Assembly: GCA_004764695.1 (NCBI GenBank)
Contig: SMSO01000014.1
Coordinates: 2,475,648-2,539,647 of the forward strand
From: Schizochytrium sp. TIO01
Taxonomy: Eukaryota; Protista; Bigyra: Labyrinthulomycetes
DNA length: 64,000 nucleotides
Direction: 5' to 3'
In this document: positions 1-11,645 of the stretch, in pieces
Position numbering within the stretch: position 1 is the first letter of the stretch
Layout of the letters: the number at the start of each line of letters is the position of its first letter
Made by a program: the position numbers and the translations under genes
Notes under the pieces: generated by a model
Seen by the model: only the letters and a program-made list of their open reading frames with translations
Told to the model about the DNA's origin: nothing
The model's database searches: none

Positions 1-578
1 ACCTCTGCATGCGATTTTGCAAAGCTAAGACCGTTCTGCGCATAGGCCTTCTGCCATCCATCAGGAAGGCAACCTTCTTGAGTTTCATAAAATTCAATAA
101 CTTTTTTGTGGTCCTCGATATCTTCTGAGTGCATCAATGGCATATACCAAAATGTTCGGACAGTAAAAGGAAGGTCAATGTCCATTCCATTATCAAGAGC
201 TTTTTTGACAATGCCTCGAACTTTTCCATCCTGTGCAAACGCCTCAGATTTTCCGCGATAGATGTTACGTGACATTTGGTCTCCAAGAATGCATGAAGCA
301 GTTACACCTTTGGCAGTCTCAGGCCACTCATCATATTTGCCTTCTTTGAACTTCTGCAGATCTTCTCCAAACTTATTGCGAATATCTTCGTCAATGGCGT
401 GCTTTTCCTCAGCTGATAAAGGTTTTCCATCTTCTACGCCAAACCATAGGCGGCCCGCTTTTTTCAAGCCATCTTGGCCGAACCCTGTTTCCTCCAGAGC
501 CTTAAACCAATACTCATACACAGCTTTCTGCCGTTCGAGGCTCTCGCCTTTGGCGCCACGGCTTTCGGTTTGACCCAT
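1..578 (-). CDS. DUF924-family protein, 3' end runs off the window; not in the ORF track
   Basis: Manual translation from ATG at 578: MGQTESRGAKGESLERQKAVYEYWF...ILGDQMSRNIYRGKSEAFAQD...FWYMPLMHSEDIEDH. Matches the DUF924 hallmarks DQxxRNxxRG and YMPxMHSE. MGxxxS start is a possible N-myristoylation site. Confidence 0.85.
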   Translation of the reverse strand, partial: MGQTESRGAKGESLERQKAVYEYWFKALEETGFGQDGLKKAGRLWFGVEDGKPLSAEEKHAIDEDIRNKFGEDLQKFKEGKYDEWPETAKGVTASCILGDQMSRNIYRGKSEAFAQDGKVRGIVKKALDNGMDIDLPFTVRTFWYMPLMHSEDIEDHKKVIEFYETQEGCLPDGWQKAYAQNGLSFAKSHAE

Positions 579-3497
579 CGCAGCAGAATATCCACGAGTG
601 CCTTTAATGAGTTGCAAACCTACAGAACGAGAGGTGGTTCGGAACAGCTTCAAGTTATTCTGCGCACACGAAAGCATCCAGGCGATTGGGGTATGGAGCA
701 GGGTTCAGGTTGCTTGATGCAGATCCAGACTTTCGAGTTCCGTAATTTCCCCTAGATTAATTTTTACGATTCTGTCTGTGCTTCAGGTAAATGAGCGTTT
801 ACAACCCTGAAGTTGTTTCACTGAGGCTCTTAGAGCTCTGCTAGTGCATTTATACAACTTCATAGTAGTAAATATGGTATAGCAGGTAGCTAGAAGATGC
901 TACCTACCTCCTTTTCAAAAGGAGGGTTCTCTTGTTCTTTCTAAGGCAATATCAACTCGTTCCTTGTTCTTCAGGTGCAGATAATAATACTAGGTAGTTT
1001 CTAGTTCGAGTGAACGATATTGAACATTAGTGAACAATGTCAGAATGAAAAGAAGTCACTTTGTGGAGAAATCCATGTAAAAACATCTTTCTGATTGATG
1101 CACAAAATGAAGCCATCCTCAGTGTTCCTCAGAGAAAAGCCACAGCTAAAACAAGCTAAATCAAACATTTTCTTTCTTGCACATTGATTGGATATCTAAA
1201 GCTTATTAGAAGACCAGCCAAATTATTATGTGCTTGTGAGCAAAAACCACATCCAAAACACTCGTTCAGGAAATCCCATTGATGATAAAGGTCAGGGAGT
1301 TCAACTGATTTATTTTTACAGGTCTAAAGTATGAATCTCAAAAGATATAAAACTACAATTGTTTTTGGATTCCTCAAATTTTCTACAATCTTATCTTTAC
1401 GATGCTATTAGATAAACTCCTGACAAAGTATTGCACTTCAATTCGTTACGGTCGATTGAGCTCTGCAAGATTTCTTGCCAAACGCCGATGATAAGCAAGG
1501 ATTGAGCGGTGGCTCGCTCAAGTAGATCTTACTGAGCTCCACGTTGAAAGAACAAATTGGTAATTTACCTCAGAAGCTTTCCAGCGAATCCACCATTGCT
1601 CTCATCTCTCTGGGTAAAGTAACATTTGTTGTGTTTTTATGTTCTCAAAGCAGCATGCACTGCATAGTAGAATGCAGGAACTGAAATGAAATCTCCATCT
1701 GAGCACCTAATACCTCGATTGATTCTTTGACTTCGTTTCGAGAGATTTCAAGTTGTATTGGAATTCTCACTCAATATATAACCACTACATTTATCTGAGT
1801 TTTGATCTGATGAACAAACAGATTGTCTAAACTCTATCGACCATATTTGAGAGATCCCAATCTCAGCAAAATAAAATATGAATACAACACTAAATAGTTT
1901 CGCCATTAAGTCTTACTTATCTGTCCCACACTAAAATCACCTTTATGTTCGCAAACTGAAGTTTCTTTACTACTGCCTCCCATGAACTCCGGTCTTCGTA
2001 AGCGAGAGGTAGTATCTGGTTCCTCTCTTGCCTCGCTCTGCGTCTTTGTCGCATGCGCTGGGATGGCTCAAGGCTTAATCTGGATACTGGCGAGCTCTTT
2101 CATGAATAGACAGGCATATTTCTGGTCATCCTGGCACACATACAACTCGCAAATGTGTAGTAGTAGCCTCGAATGTATCGCATCATAATCATGGTCGACT
2201 CAGCCGAAGATGTGATCATCATCGACTCGGCCGAAGATACATTCTATTGTAGTCTGCGCCGGTCCTGTGCAAGGCGTCCGATGGTCCGAGCACCGTCCCT
2301 CATGACCCTCCAGGAGTATCTCTGTCGTCCCTGGTGATCGTACCTAGGAGGTACTACGTAGAGTAAGTAGAGAGAGGAGAAGAGGCCACACACAGGCTTT
2401 AAAGAAAAAAAGAAAAATCTTTTCTGGGCTTCCTACGTACCGGCCTACCTAACACTTGACGCGATCGAAAAGCGGAGAGAACTTGAGGAAATGTGATTTC
2501 CATAGCCCACAAGTTTATAATTCGAGACGACAACTTGCGAACTGATTCTTTATCAAGTTTGATTCACTTTGCTTCGCGTAAAAGGTCTCAAAAAAATTGA
2601 GTCGAGTTGGGGAACAGGATTGTTTGTGATTGTTTGTGATTGTTTGTGATTGTTTGTTTGTCTATATTTATGATTAAATTCCAAAGACAAGAGACCGAAA
2701 TGAAGTTGACGTTGGGACTGATTTGTAAAGATCGTCGCAGATACCGAAGGGCCCATAGCCAGCCTCGCTGGTTGGTGCTGCGATGGAGGTTCTAAGTCAT
2801 CACCATTCGGTTTGTTTTCGCTCTTTTCAGGCTGACGCCTAGCTCAACTTGAGACACAGGCTGTCCCAGAGTCCTGCCAACTAACTCTCTAGAGAGGTAC
2901 TTGTGGCCGGAGAGATCAATTTCATTTCATGGTGGCTTCGATGTTTCGAGTTGCAGAGGCTGCTTGGTCGACTCGGAGGCCGCCTTTCTTTGGCCTCCAG
3001 CTAGCTAGCTAGAGCTAGCTAGCTGGGTCCACGCATCAGCCAAACTCCCGAGTCCTTCGCACACGTACTCACACGAAGATGAGCATTGAGTCGGTGTTCC
3101 ACCGGCCTTCCGAGTATGCGAAATCTTCGCCCCAGGCTGGCTGGCCTCTGGTTCGCAGTGGAGGTCGACGCAGATGGAGTAAGCCGGCCCTGCGCTAGGC
3201 GTCGACTCTCAGCGTCTCCTCTTGCTGACAACCTCAACTCGGACGGCTGAGAACAGCAGCAGCACGAAGAACTGAAAGACTCGGTTAGAATGTGGACGAT
3301 TGTCGGGAATACGCAGAAACATTCCCAGCGCGAAGTCAATGATTCGAGAGCTTGTTGAAAGGCGAACTCCATTCCTCTTTTCTGTATCGAACACCCACTC
3401 CCACTCTAGGCAGAGGCCGCAGAGAATGAGGTGAAATCTTATCGCTTGAGTAAAATTCAAGCCAAAGAGGGCCACTCGATGACAGTTCAACTAGCGA

Positions 3498-3548
3498 TAC
3501 CTACCTACCTACCTACCTACCTACCTACCTACCTACCTACCTACCTAC
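3498..3548. repeat. (TACC)n microsatellite, ~12-13 units
   Basis: Direct read. Confidence 0.95.
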
Positions 3549-3938
3549 TCATCCAGCATCGTTTCCATCCATAGGCTGCGGTTCAAAAAGAATGAGGCAC
3601 TATTAGACGTCTTCTTGTTTCGAAAAAAATAATAATAGATTGGAATACTATGGTAAGTGATAGGCAAGCCTTAGTATTGCAGGAAGGTGAGCTTCGCGAT
3701 CCACTTCGACTCCGGTAGATAGGTCTTGATTTACTCGTGTTACTCAGCATAGTACCTAAACAGTACTAGTTTTTTTTCTTTGTAAATTAAAAAGGAGAGG
3801 TTTTTTCAAAGATGATGTACCACAAACAGACTAGGTCAGATCTTCAGCAGAACCGTAACTTGATTGATGAGGAAAGAACAAAGTCCAAGTTAGACAATCT
3901 TGCAACAGGTCGCTACAAATTAAGAGTGGGAAAATACA

Positions 3939-4898
3939 ATGTTTGGCCGTGCCAGTACCCACTTAGCCATGCCGAAGTCCTTGACTCGGCCTAATTTCTT
4001 TTGCTCTCGTGACGTGCTTCTGCGCATCAGAGGAACTGCCAATTCCATTCGTGAAGCGCATGGCGCATCCACAACAGAATGCTATAACGCCAAGAGGGTT
4101 GTTGAGGGTGGTAATGTGCATGATCTTCCAGAGACAGGAAGTCTCGCTCGTGGAGTCGTCATGAGCGCAGAAATGATTTCACCTACGACTAGAGCCTTGA
4201 AATTTCTCATTCAGACAGAACCGCAGCATCTCAAAGCGCAACAGTTCGGGAGTGACTCAGAAAGAACTCCTCAGCCTGCGGATGCAGGCGGGTTTGCATT
4301 CCGCCCTGGACAATGGGCTGATTGCCTGATCCCTCACTGTGAAGAAATCGGGGGATTCTCTATGACCAGTTCCCCACTCGAACTGCCGCATCTGTCATTT
4401 GCAGTAAAAGATAGCGACCATGCTGCTGCCAAAGCTGCTGTGCATAGTGCTCAAGTTGGCGATGAGTGGCTTTTCCGGGTGGGGGGTCATTTATGTTTGC
4501 CAAGTGAGATTGACCCGGATTCAACTCTCGTTTTCATTGCAGGGGGGATCGGCATCACCCCGCTATACTCGATGGCGCACCATTTAGCTCTGAATCGCAC
4601 GCTACCTCGCAAGACAATTTTCATCCATACTTCGAAGTCTGCAGATGAACTTTTGTTTAAGAAAGAACTCACGAAAATCGCAGGTCAATACCCCAAGAAA
4701 TTCTCGTACCTACCGTGGGTTTCTGATGATCAAGGGCTTCTTCAAGATGAAAATATTGCAGAGGTTCTTAGTGGGGTTGATGTAGAGAATGCATTTTGCT
4801 ATCTATGCGGTCCAACACACTTTGCACCCGACTTAAAGAGCATCATCTCTTCATTGGGCGTGCCAAAGGCTCACATATATGGTGAGAAGTGGTGGTAA
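3939..4898 (+). CDS. OXNAD1: FAD/NAD(P)-binding oxidoreductase, OXNAD1-like (FNR family), probable mitochondrial presequence
   Basis: FRPGQWAD, GGFSMTSSP, IAGGIGITP, YLCGP and terminal EKWW motifs; Arg/Ser-rich N-terminus. Confidence 0.85.
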   Translation: MFGRASTHLAMPKSLTRPNFFCSRDVLLRIRGTANSIREAHGASTTECYNAKRVVEGGNVHDLPETGSLARGVVMSAEMISPTTRALKFLIQTEPQHLKAQQFGSDSERTPQPADAGGFAFRPGQWADCLIPHCEEIGGFSMTSSPLELPHLSFAVKDSDHAAAKAAVHSAQVGDEWLFRVGGHLCLPSEIDPDSTLVFIAGGIGITPLYSMAHHLALNRTLPRKTIFIHTSKSADELLFKKELTKIAGQYPKKFSYLPWVSDDQGLLQDENIAEVLSGVDVENAFCYLCGPTHFAPDLKSIISSLGVPKAHIYGEKWW

Positions 4899-5550
4899 AT
4901 CATGCTTCGAGCCCTTGCTGCTGCCACTCTCGAAGCCTCGCCAAGCAATCGTTCCTTGGGGGTGTATATTGGATTCCCCGAAAAGTTCGTTTTCTCATTT
5001 TTTCTCTGTTGTATATAGTTCAAAGTCAAAAGCATCAGTAGAGTATGCGTCCTCCTTCTCTGTCTTCTTTTGTTGAGAACTAACTTGAAACAACAATATT
5101 GATAATATAAGAATCTCAAATTTTTGCGCTCGAAGTCTTCATGCGAAATAGTTTAAATGTATCATGCAGCCGAGTGCAGCGTACCTCAGAAGTTATTTTA
5201 TCTGAGTAGCTCAATATTGAAGTAACCTGCTTCACGAAAAGTTTGAACATGCAGAGGCAACTTGCTGCTTTTTGCAAATGTATCATTGAGTCTCATTGGC
5301 TATCTTCTTCGTTCTATTATACCGCCTACCTGTTTTCGTAGGTACCTGCTAAGTAGCATTTTAAAATGTAAAAAAAAAAACATAGAAAGGAAGGATGCTA
5401 CTAAGCTAAGATAACCATTCTTAACCGAAGTTATCTTGTACGTAAACATAATACTCTCCGTCAAATCTGGAGTTGACAACCAAAAGACAAAACCCATAAA
5501 GTCTTCACGCACCGTACCTACGTGGAAGGCAAACTAGCATTATTGCAAGG

Positions 5551-6219
5551 ATGTGCTCTGTACTTGCGAGAGAGATCTTAAAACATCAACTCGCTTGGCA
5601 AAAGAGGAGCGTCAAGACCTCCTCCTGGACGCTCTTAGCTCCTATGACACGGCAAGGATTGACAAATAATGTGCGCGGCTTTGCAACAAAGGACCGTGGA
5701 GATGCCGTAAGCAAGTCAAACACCTGGGGCCGCGTCACATTAACATTACACCAGAACGACATGAGCTCCACCGAGGAAAACTATCTTCGCGAACGTGCCT
5801 CATCAGTCGACCCTGCTGAGTCGGTTCTGAGTCTTCAACAGGAGGTTCAAGAGGAGATCGCTGCAGCATTAGGTCGAACTGGTTCTAAATTGACTACCGC
5901 CATGAAGGAAATGCATATTGCGCGAGAATTATTTGAGGCCCAGGAAGACTCCTTCCTGGCGGCACGGAGTAAAGGACAAACAATTTCCTTTGATGCAAAA
6001 CGGGACTTGCTTATAGCCGCGCGCAAATTCAATGATAAGCTTCAGATTGCTGAGGATGCTCGAACAGCTCTTATAGTTCACCGACAAGCAGTTGGTTTTG
6101 TATACCAAAATCATAAGATTGTCAAACGTGCATATCCCTTGCCTGACTTGATCACAAGATATCAATTTAGAAATCGATACTTTGATACAAATGAAATTGA
6201 TGATGAAAGCAAGCAGTGA
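5551..6219 (+). CDS. Hypothetical protein with DUF6665-like domain and probable mitochondrial presequence
   Basis: 222-aa ORF. QEEIAAALGRTGSKL...ARTALIVHRQAVGF...YPLP resembles the bacterial 'EI..E.A.ALGR.G..L...QREA.G' family (recalled, not searched). N-terminus ends in ..VRGFAT.. Confidence 0.6.
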   Translation: MCSVLAREILKHQLAWQKRSVKTSSWTLLAPMTRQGLTNNVRGFATKDRGDAVSKSNTWGRVTLTLHQNDMSSTEENYLRERASSVDPAESVLSLQQEVQEEIAAALGRTGSKLTTAMKEMHIARELFEAQEDSFLAARSKGQTISFDAKRDLLIAARKFNDKLQIAEDARTALIVHRQAVGFVYQNHKIVKRAYPLPDLITRYQFRNRYFDTNEIDDESKQ

Positions 6220-6783
6220 ACAATTCTGTCTGCGCTGGCCCATTAAAAATTTGAATTCTCTTCAAATTAGGTATAAGTTTATTGACGCAGAACTAAGATA
6301 TAATGTTTTTACTTCATCGAGCAGCCATGGTAAATGAGGTGGAGGATTGCCTCAAGATAGAATCCTAAGCTAAAAGAAAGAGTTTGTGTAAATGGACATC
6401 CATCTGCTGGATGATTTTTGTCCGCTCAATAATTTGTTTTGTACACGCTAAGCTCGATAGGAATAAATAGTCCAGGGTTCAAAATGCACATCTTGAAATA
6501 TATCAAGTTGTGACCACTCAGAATTTTTGAACGCCAAAAAAAGTAAAGAATGAATTGTTTGATTGTTTTTTTGTTTTTTTGTTTTATTTTTAACACAAGA
6601 AGAAGAGAAACAAACTCATCCTGAGCAGCAGGAGTACTTTTAAAATAAAAATGCAACTCCAACTCTTACAAACCAAAGTGGCATGAGTGTCGTCCCATGA
6701 TATACGTATTCGAATACAATCTGAGATAGCTGCAAAAACGCTGAGAAAATGGAGTGTTCTGAGGCTAATGATGAAGGAAGTAA

Positions 6784-8610
6784 TTACTTGAAATAGGCAA
6801 CGATGATGGTTGTGTCATCAATGACAGGCTCTTCTCTTTGCCATCGTTTGTTTGACTCACGAATGAGCTCTGAGATGGCCGTCCTCGGGTCAGCGTCAAC
6901 AACATAGCGTGCTACAATATCACACACATCTTGCGTGCTCATGAACTCCCACAATCCATCCGTCGCCAGAACAATAAACTTGTCTCGTCCCGGGACAAGC
7001 TCGTGCTCATAAAGCTCCGCATTAGATACCACACCTGCTTCCTTACCAATGGTATCGCATAGAGATCTTGACATGGCCAAGCCAGGCATATCAGCATAAG
7101 ACAGCCATACACGAGCTGGGCCATCAATACCATCATCGTACTTCATTGCAAAAACTCGTCCACCCATGCTTACAATCCGTTTCTGCTCACGTTCCAAGTC
7201 CGGCTTATGGTCTTCGGACAAATCAATGCCGGAGATGCGAGCACGACCAGCTTCAGGGAACACACCATTTTTATCTGCCTTCACAACGCCTTTGGCAATT
7301 CTGGAGTCTCCAACATTGGCAACAAAAAGAGTCGAACCTCTGAGGATTGAAACGACCGCAGTGGTCCCTGAGAGCGTTGTATCAATTTTACGATCTTGAA
7401 TGAGTTCATTTTCGATCGTAATCAGTGCGTCTGCTAGGACGCTGCCAGTGTATTCATCTTGCGCGAACTTGGGAGATGACGAAAGGATCGTGGAGAGACG
7501 TGCAGCAAAGTGACGTGACACGTGGTGCCCGTTCTCGCCATGGCCATCAAACACACAGAGAAGCAGCTCACCGTTGCAGTAACTATTGTATGGGAGTTGT
7601 TGCATTACGATAGAGTCCTGGTTCTGCTTATCTGGATTGTATGGCGCAAGACCTTTTCGAGAAACGCCAGAATATGCGACAACCTCTACCTTTTCACTAC
7701 TCGTTTCAGACGATAGATTCCATGTACCAACCTCCCCGGCCCGGAGAGTTTTAGGAGAGCTTGGGCGGGGCGAGTTTTTATCAAGGTGTGCCCCTGCTTG
7801 GTGCCCATCTAGGTGCGGGTGACTTCCTGCAACTGTAAGTCTTCGACGCATGACACGAGTTGAGCTATCTGAGGAATCTTCAATCTTATCTGAACGCTTC
7901 TTCTTGCTATTGTCACCAAATTCGTCTAGCATGCTAGTGCGTCTATCTAGGAAAGCTTCGACAAACTCTGAAGCGATTGTCACAGTAGTGAATTGAAGGC
8001 ACAGCACATCCTTCGTGGTTTGATCAAGCTGTCTAGCTGCCCGGAAAACCCAGCTTTGTTGAGACACAATACTGGGGGTGTCCATCTTTGTGTGTAGGTC
8101 TACAAGATGACTTATACATTTGCGGCTGTGATCTTGATCAACAAGGCGAATTCCAACCTTGCGAGCAGCTGTGTGCCAGCAAAACGCTGCCATTCCGGAA
8201 CCAAGTTCAATCCATTGTTGATTGCTTTTATTGAAAATGAAAGCACGCGCCTCAACCTCAAACCAGTGATCACCCATGCTACCGGGACTTCCATCACCAG
8301 ACTTATGTTCCTCGTCCTCGATGGTCATGTCGTTCATAGACAACTTTTCTGTATGCTTTTGCAAGGCCTCTGTCTCAGTCATAAGCATGCTGGGACGTAC
8401 AAACAGTCCATGGCCCTCTTTGCATTTAAAGTACTTAATCCCATCGACTGCGCCGTCATTCTTGCCTGTTGCTCGTTCGAGCTCGAGACCGACCCAGTTT
8501 CCAGGTTTAAACGAGGTGGTGCCAAAAAACTTGACGACTGCCTTGGTTGGGTTCTCCTTGGTTTGTTGTACAAACACGATGTCTCCTACACGAGGAATGA
8601 ACGACGCCAT
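6784..8610 (-). CDS. PP2C/PPM Ser/Thr phosphatase with N-terminal CAP-Gly and PH-like (EVH1/RanBD-like) domains
   Basis: CAP-Gly WVGLEL..GKNDG..YFKC..GLFVRP; PP2C motifs NQD, VFDGHG, GTTA, ANVGDSR, DHKP, GLAMSRS, LATDGLWE, DDTTIIV. Confidence 0.92.
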   Translation of the reverse strand: MASFIPRVGDIVFVQQTKENPTKAVVKFFGTTSFKPGNWVGLELERATGKNDGAVDGIKYFKCKEGHGLFVRPSMLMTETEALQKHTEKLSMNDMTIEDEEHKSGDGSPGSMGDHWFEVEARAFIFNKSNQQWIELGSGMAAFCWHTAARKVGIRLVDQDHSRKCISHLVDLHTKMDTPSIVSQQSWVFRAARQLDQTTKDVLCLQFTTVTIASEFVEAFLDRRTSMLDEFGDNSKKKRSDKIEDSSDSSTRVMRRRLTVAGSHPHLDGHQAGAHLDKNSPRPSSPKTLRAGEVGTWNLSSETSSEKVEVVAYSGVSRKGLAPYNPDKQNQDSIVMQQLPYNSYCNGELLLCVFDGHGENGHHVSRHFAARLSTILSSSPKFAQDEYTGSVLADALITIENELIQDRKIDTTLSGTTAVVSILRGSTLFVANVGDSRIAKGVVKADKNGVFPEAGRARISGIDLSEDHKPDLEREQKRIVSMGGRVFAMKYDDGIDGPARVWLSYADMPGLAMSRSLCDTIGKEAGVVSNAELYEHELVPGRDKFIVLATDGLWEFMSTQDVCDIVARYVVDADPRTAISELIRESNKRWQREEPVIDDTTIIVAYFK

Positions 8611-11102
8611 GGCGACGTTTCTTTTAGAGTTTGCAGGAACTAGCTCCTCAAGAATGCTTTTTACTCCACCGCGCCTTGCTCGACTATCAGTTGTCTTTGC
8701 TCTGCTTAGCTTGCAGAGCGTCTGTCACCAAGCCAGGCTTTTCAACTAGAGCAAACAGGACTGCTCTGCTTCTAGTCAAATTAACGCTATGGAGGAGGCA
8801 GGTCTTTCGGTGTCTCAACGAGTCCTGTTCCCTTCGTACACACTATCTCTCAAAATAAAAACTGCACCTAACAAAGAAATAAACAATCAAACAAAGAAAC
8901 AATCAAACAAGAATTCTCCACCAAAACTCAACAAAAAGAACACAGCAAGCAGAGAACTATCAAAGAGGAAGCAGCTGCTGAAGAAAATATATGCAAAGAA
9001 AAGAAAAGGAAAACAGAGAAGGGAAGAACGAACTGTGCTTCAATCAGCACTTCTTCGCGCGTCAACGAGCAGGAACCTACTCAAAAGCAACCTTTTCATT
9101 CACAGCAACAACGGAAGGCCTAGAGACTTGCTGAGGACTTAAACCTGAAGGAGCTTTGCTATTATTGCTACCTTTACGCAGAAATCTGCCTGCGGACAGG
9201 ATAAGCTAGCCGGCTATCTTGCTAGCTGGTTATCAGTTAATTTGTTTGCCTGTTTGCTATTCTTTGTATCGTACTTTGACTGCCCGCCTCCTGCCTGTCT
9301 TTCAGTTTCTTTCCTTTTTCTTCCTTTTTCACTGTTTCCTTTTACAACTAAACAAGCTTAATAAATCCTTGGGTACCAGCTATTCTCTGTGTGTTTTTGT
9401 ATTATTGTTATTGTTGATGTTGCTCTTGTTAATACTTTTATGATTGTACCTTTCGTAAACTTTAAAAGTACGGTCCGCGTTAGTGGAGATAATAGCTAGC
9501 TACCTACTACCCCCATTGTCTTTCTTTTCATGTACCGTGTCCTCTTGAGTAGAAAAGAAAACAGGATCGAGCGTGAAAAATATTGTATGTCAAATACCGC
9601 ATACAGTAGCATAGAGAATGGAAAAGCACCAGACGATGATAGTTTGCGAACGAAATGATAGTCTGCAGCGGTGAAGGATTGCAGTGCAGTGCTCTTTATC
9701 TCCTTGTTTTCCTGGAAAGGCACGTACGCATTTGTGTACTGTTCTGCTTTCCCCATTTTTTAATTATCCACCCTTCACACTTAAACTTTTATTATTATAT
9801 CTGCTAGCTAGCTTTCAAAACTCTTTCTATTTCCTAAATATCGGACCGGGCACATAAAAAACCACATCATAAGGCGCACCTGTGCTCTGAAAAGATTTAG
9901 ATTATCTTCCCTCTGCTTGCTTGCCCATTTCCTTGCATGGTTGAGCGAGTGTAGTATTTAGTGTATAAACAGCTAAGAATGTCTGATGGCCTTTTGTTTG
10001 CCGAGTCCGAGTGCGCTGTAGTCCACCCTTATCAACATATTTGTTCATTATTGATATTTTGTCAAACATTTTATTTCTTCTATAAATTTTGTTGTTGAAG
10101 TCCCTTTAAAAATCAAACAAAGAAACGTTTCAAGCACTATGATGTAGGTAGATTTAAGTTCTATGTCATGGTGCTGTCTCCAAACTTACGAAACAATAGA
10201 AAAAGATTTACTTTCAATTGCATCAGTTACATTTAAAAACAAATAATAATAATAATCAAATATGGAGCGCAACGCATGTGGTGTGAAGATTCATGCTTGC
10301 TCTAGCAAACAGATGGGTGCTTCGCTTACTCGTGGTATTGAAACTTGGAGTGCCACCAAGTGCTCTCTCTTGTCGAGCGCCCTGTCATTACAAACCTTAT
10401 GGTTCTCCACATAACTTTCACGGTCCCTGGTCATTTCTCATGTCAATCAATCATGAGATAGGTTGGAAATACAGTTTGGGTGACCAAAACGAAATTATGA
10501 GCAATCTTACCAATACTAATCGAAGATGCAAAGTAGTGAGCCACGACAGTTTGACAGCTCGATCGTTCTTAAATATGGGGGGGATACATAAAAGTTTCTA
10601 TGATTTACATTTGTAAATCAAGTGCGAGGGATAATTGTTTTATATTTAGTATAACTGTCACGTGTCAGAGACTATTCTAAGCAATCAACATCATAACTGA
10701 TTTTAAGAAAACTCAAACCGAGAGTTGAATCCAGGAGAGAATGAATATTTGCCCCTCAAGCATGGAAGAGTAGAAGCACGGAAACCAGTCGCTGTGATTG
10801 GTTACACCCCCCCTATTCCTGTTCACCCATCTCAGTTTTATTCGCGTCGAGTTATTTTGCAAAAGTGCTTAAAATCCAATCCACGCACAGGACTATCTTT
10901 CCCATATGCTTTATGTAGTTTGTCTTAAGGTCTGCAGAAGGTTTACTGCACCTACAATAATTGTGCAGCCTTGAGCTGATGGGAAGCAAGTCGAGTCACC
11001 ATGCAGTTTATCAGGCTTAGCAATTAGCAAAATGCAGGTCTCTTCCACTGATCTAGAATTTGAAGCGTTATTTCTTATTTGCTTTAGTATATGACTTTTT
11101 AC

Positions 11103-11223
<121 letters not shown>

Positions 11224-11612
11224 ATTTTTTATGGTAATAATTAAATTAAAACAAGTGACCAATTCAAGGGTATTGCAGTTTGTGAACGGAAGAGCTAGCA
11301 TCGTCCAGCCCTAGGGCTTCTCAAGGGAAAGGGCTGGTCACTATGGAGGAGTCACGACTTCTCTGTCAAGAAAATTTACCATTGTGCCTTTCCCGATTTC
11401 TAAAGATGTTTTGCACATAGCTTTGAATTCGAAAGTGTGCACAAACCACACATCCATTCCTAGACGTTCTGTTGACTTATAAACCTATCCAAATGCCTCT
11501 TGAACCAAGTGGAATTCTTGACACCGTGTGACATCGAATGATGCTTGTTTGGGTCAGATTGGTTGGTATCTTCACCATCCATTCAAGTCTGTCAGGAACC
11601 CATTTAGCGTTG

Positions 11613-11645
<33 letters not shown>

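Noticed and set aside
3019-3490. 117-aa and 93-aa minus-strand ORFs
   Set aside because: No recognisable motifs; lie in a repeat-rich intergenic region
8107-8749. Long plus-strand ORFs (178 and 157 aa)
   Set aside because: Antisense shadows of the CAP-Gly/PP2C gene
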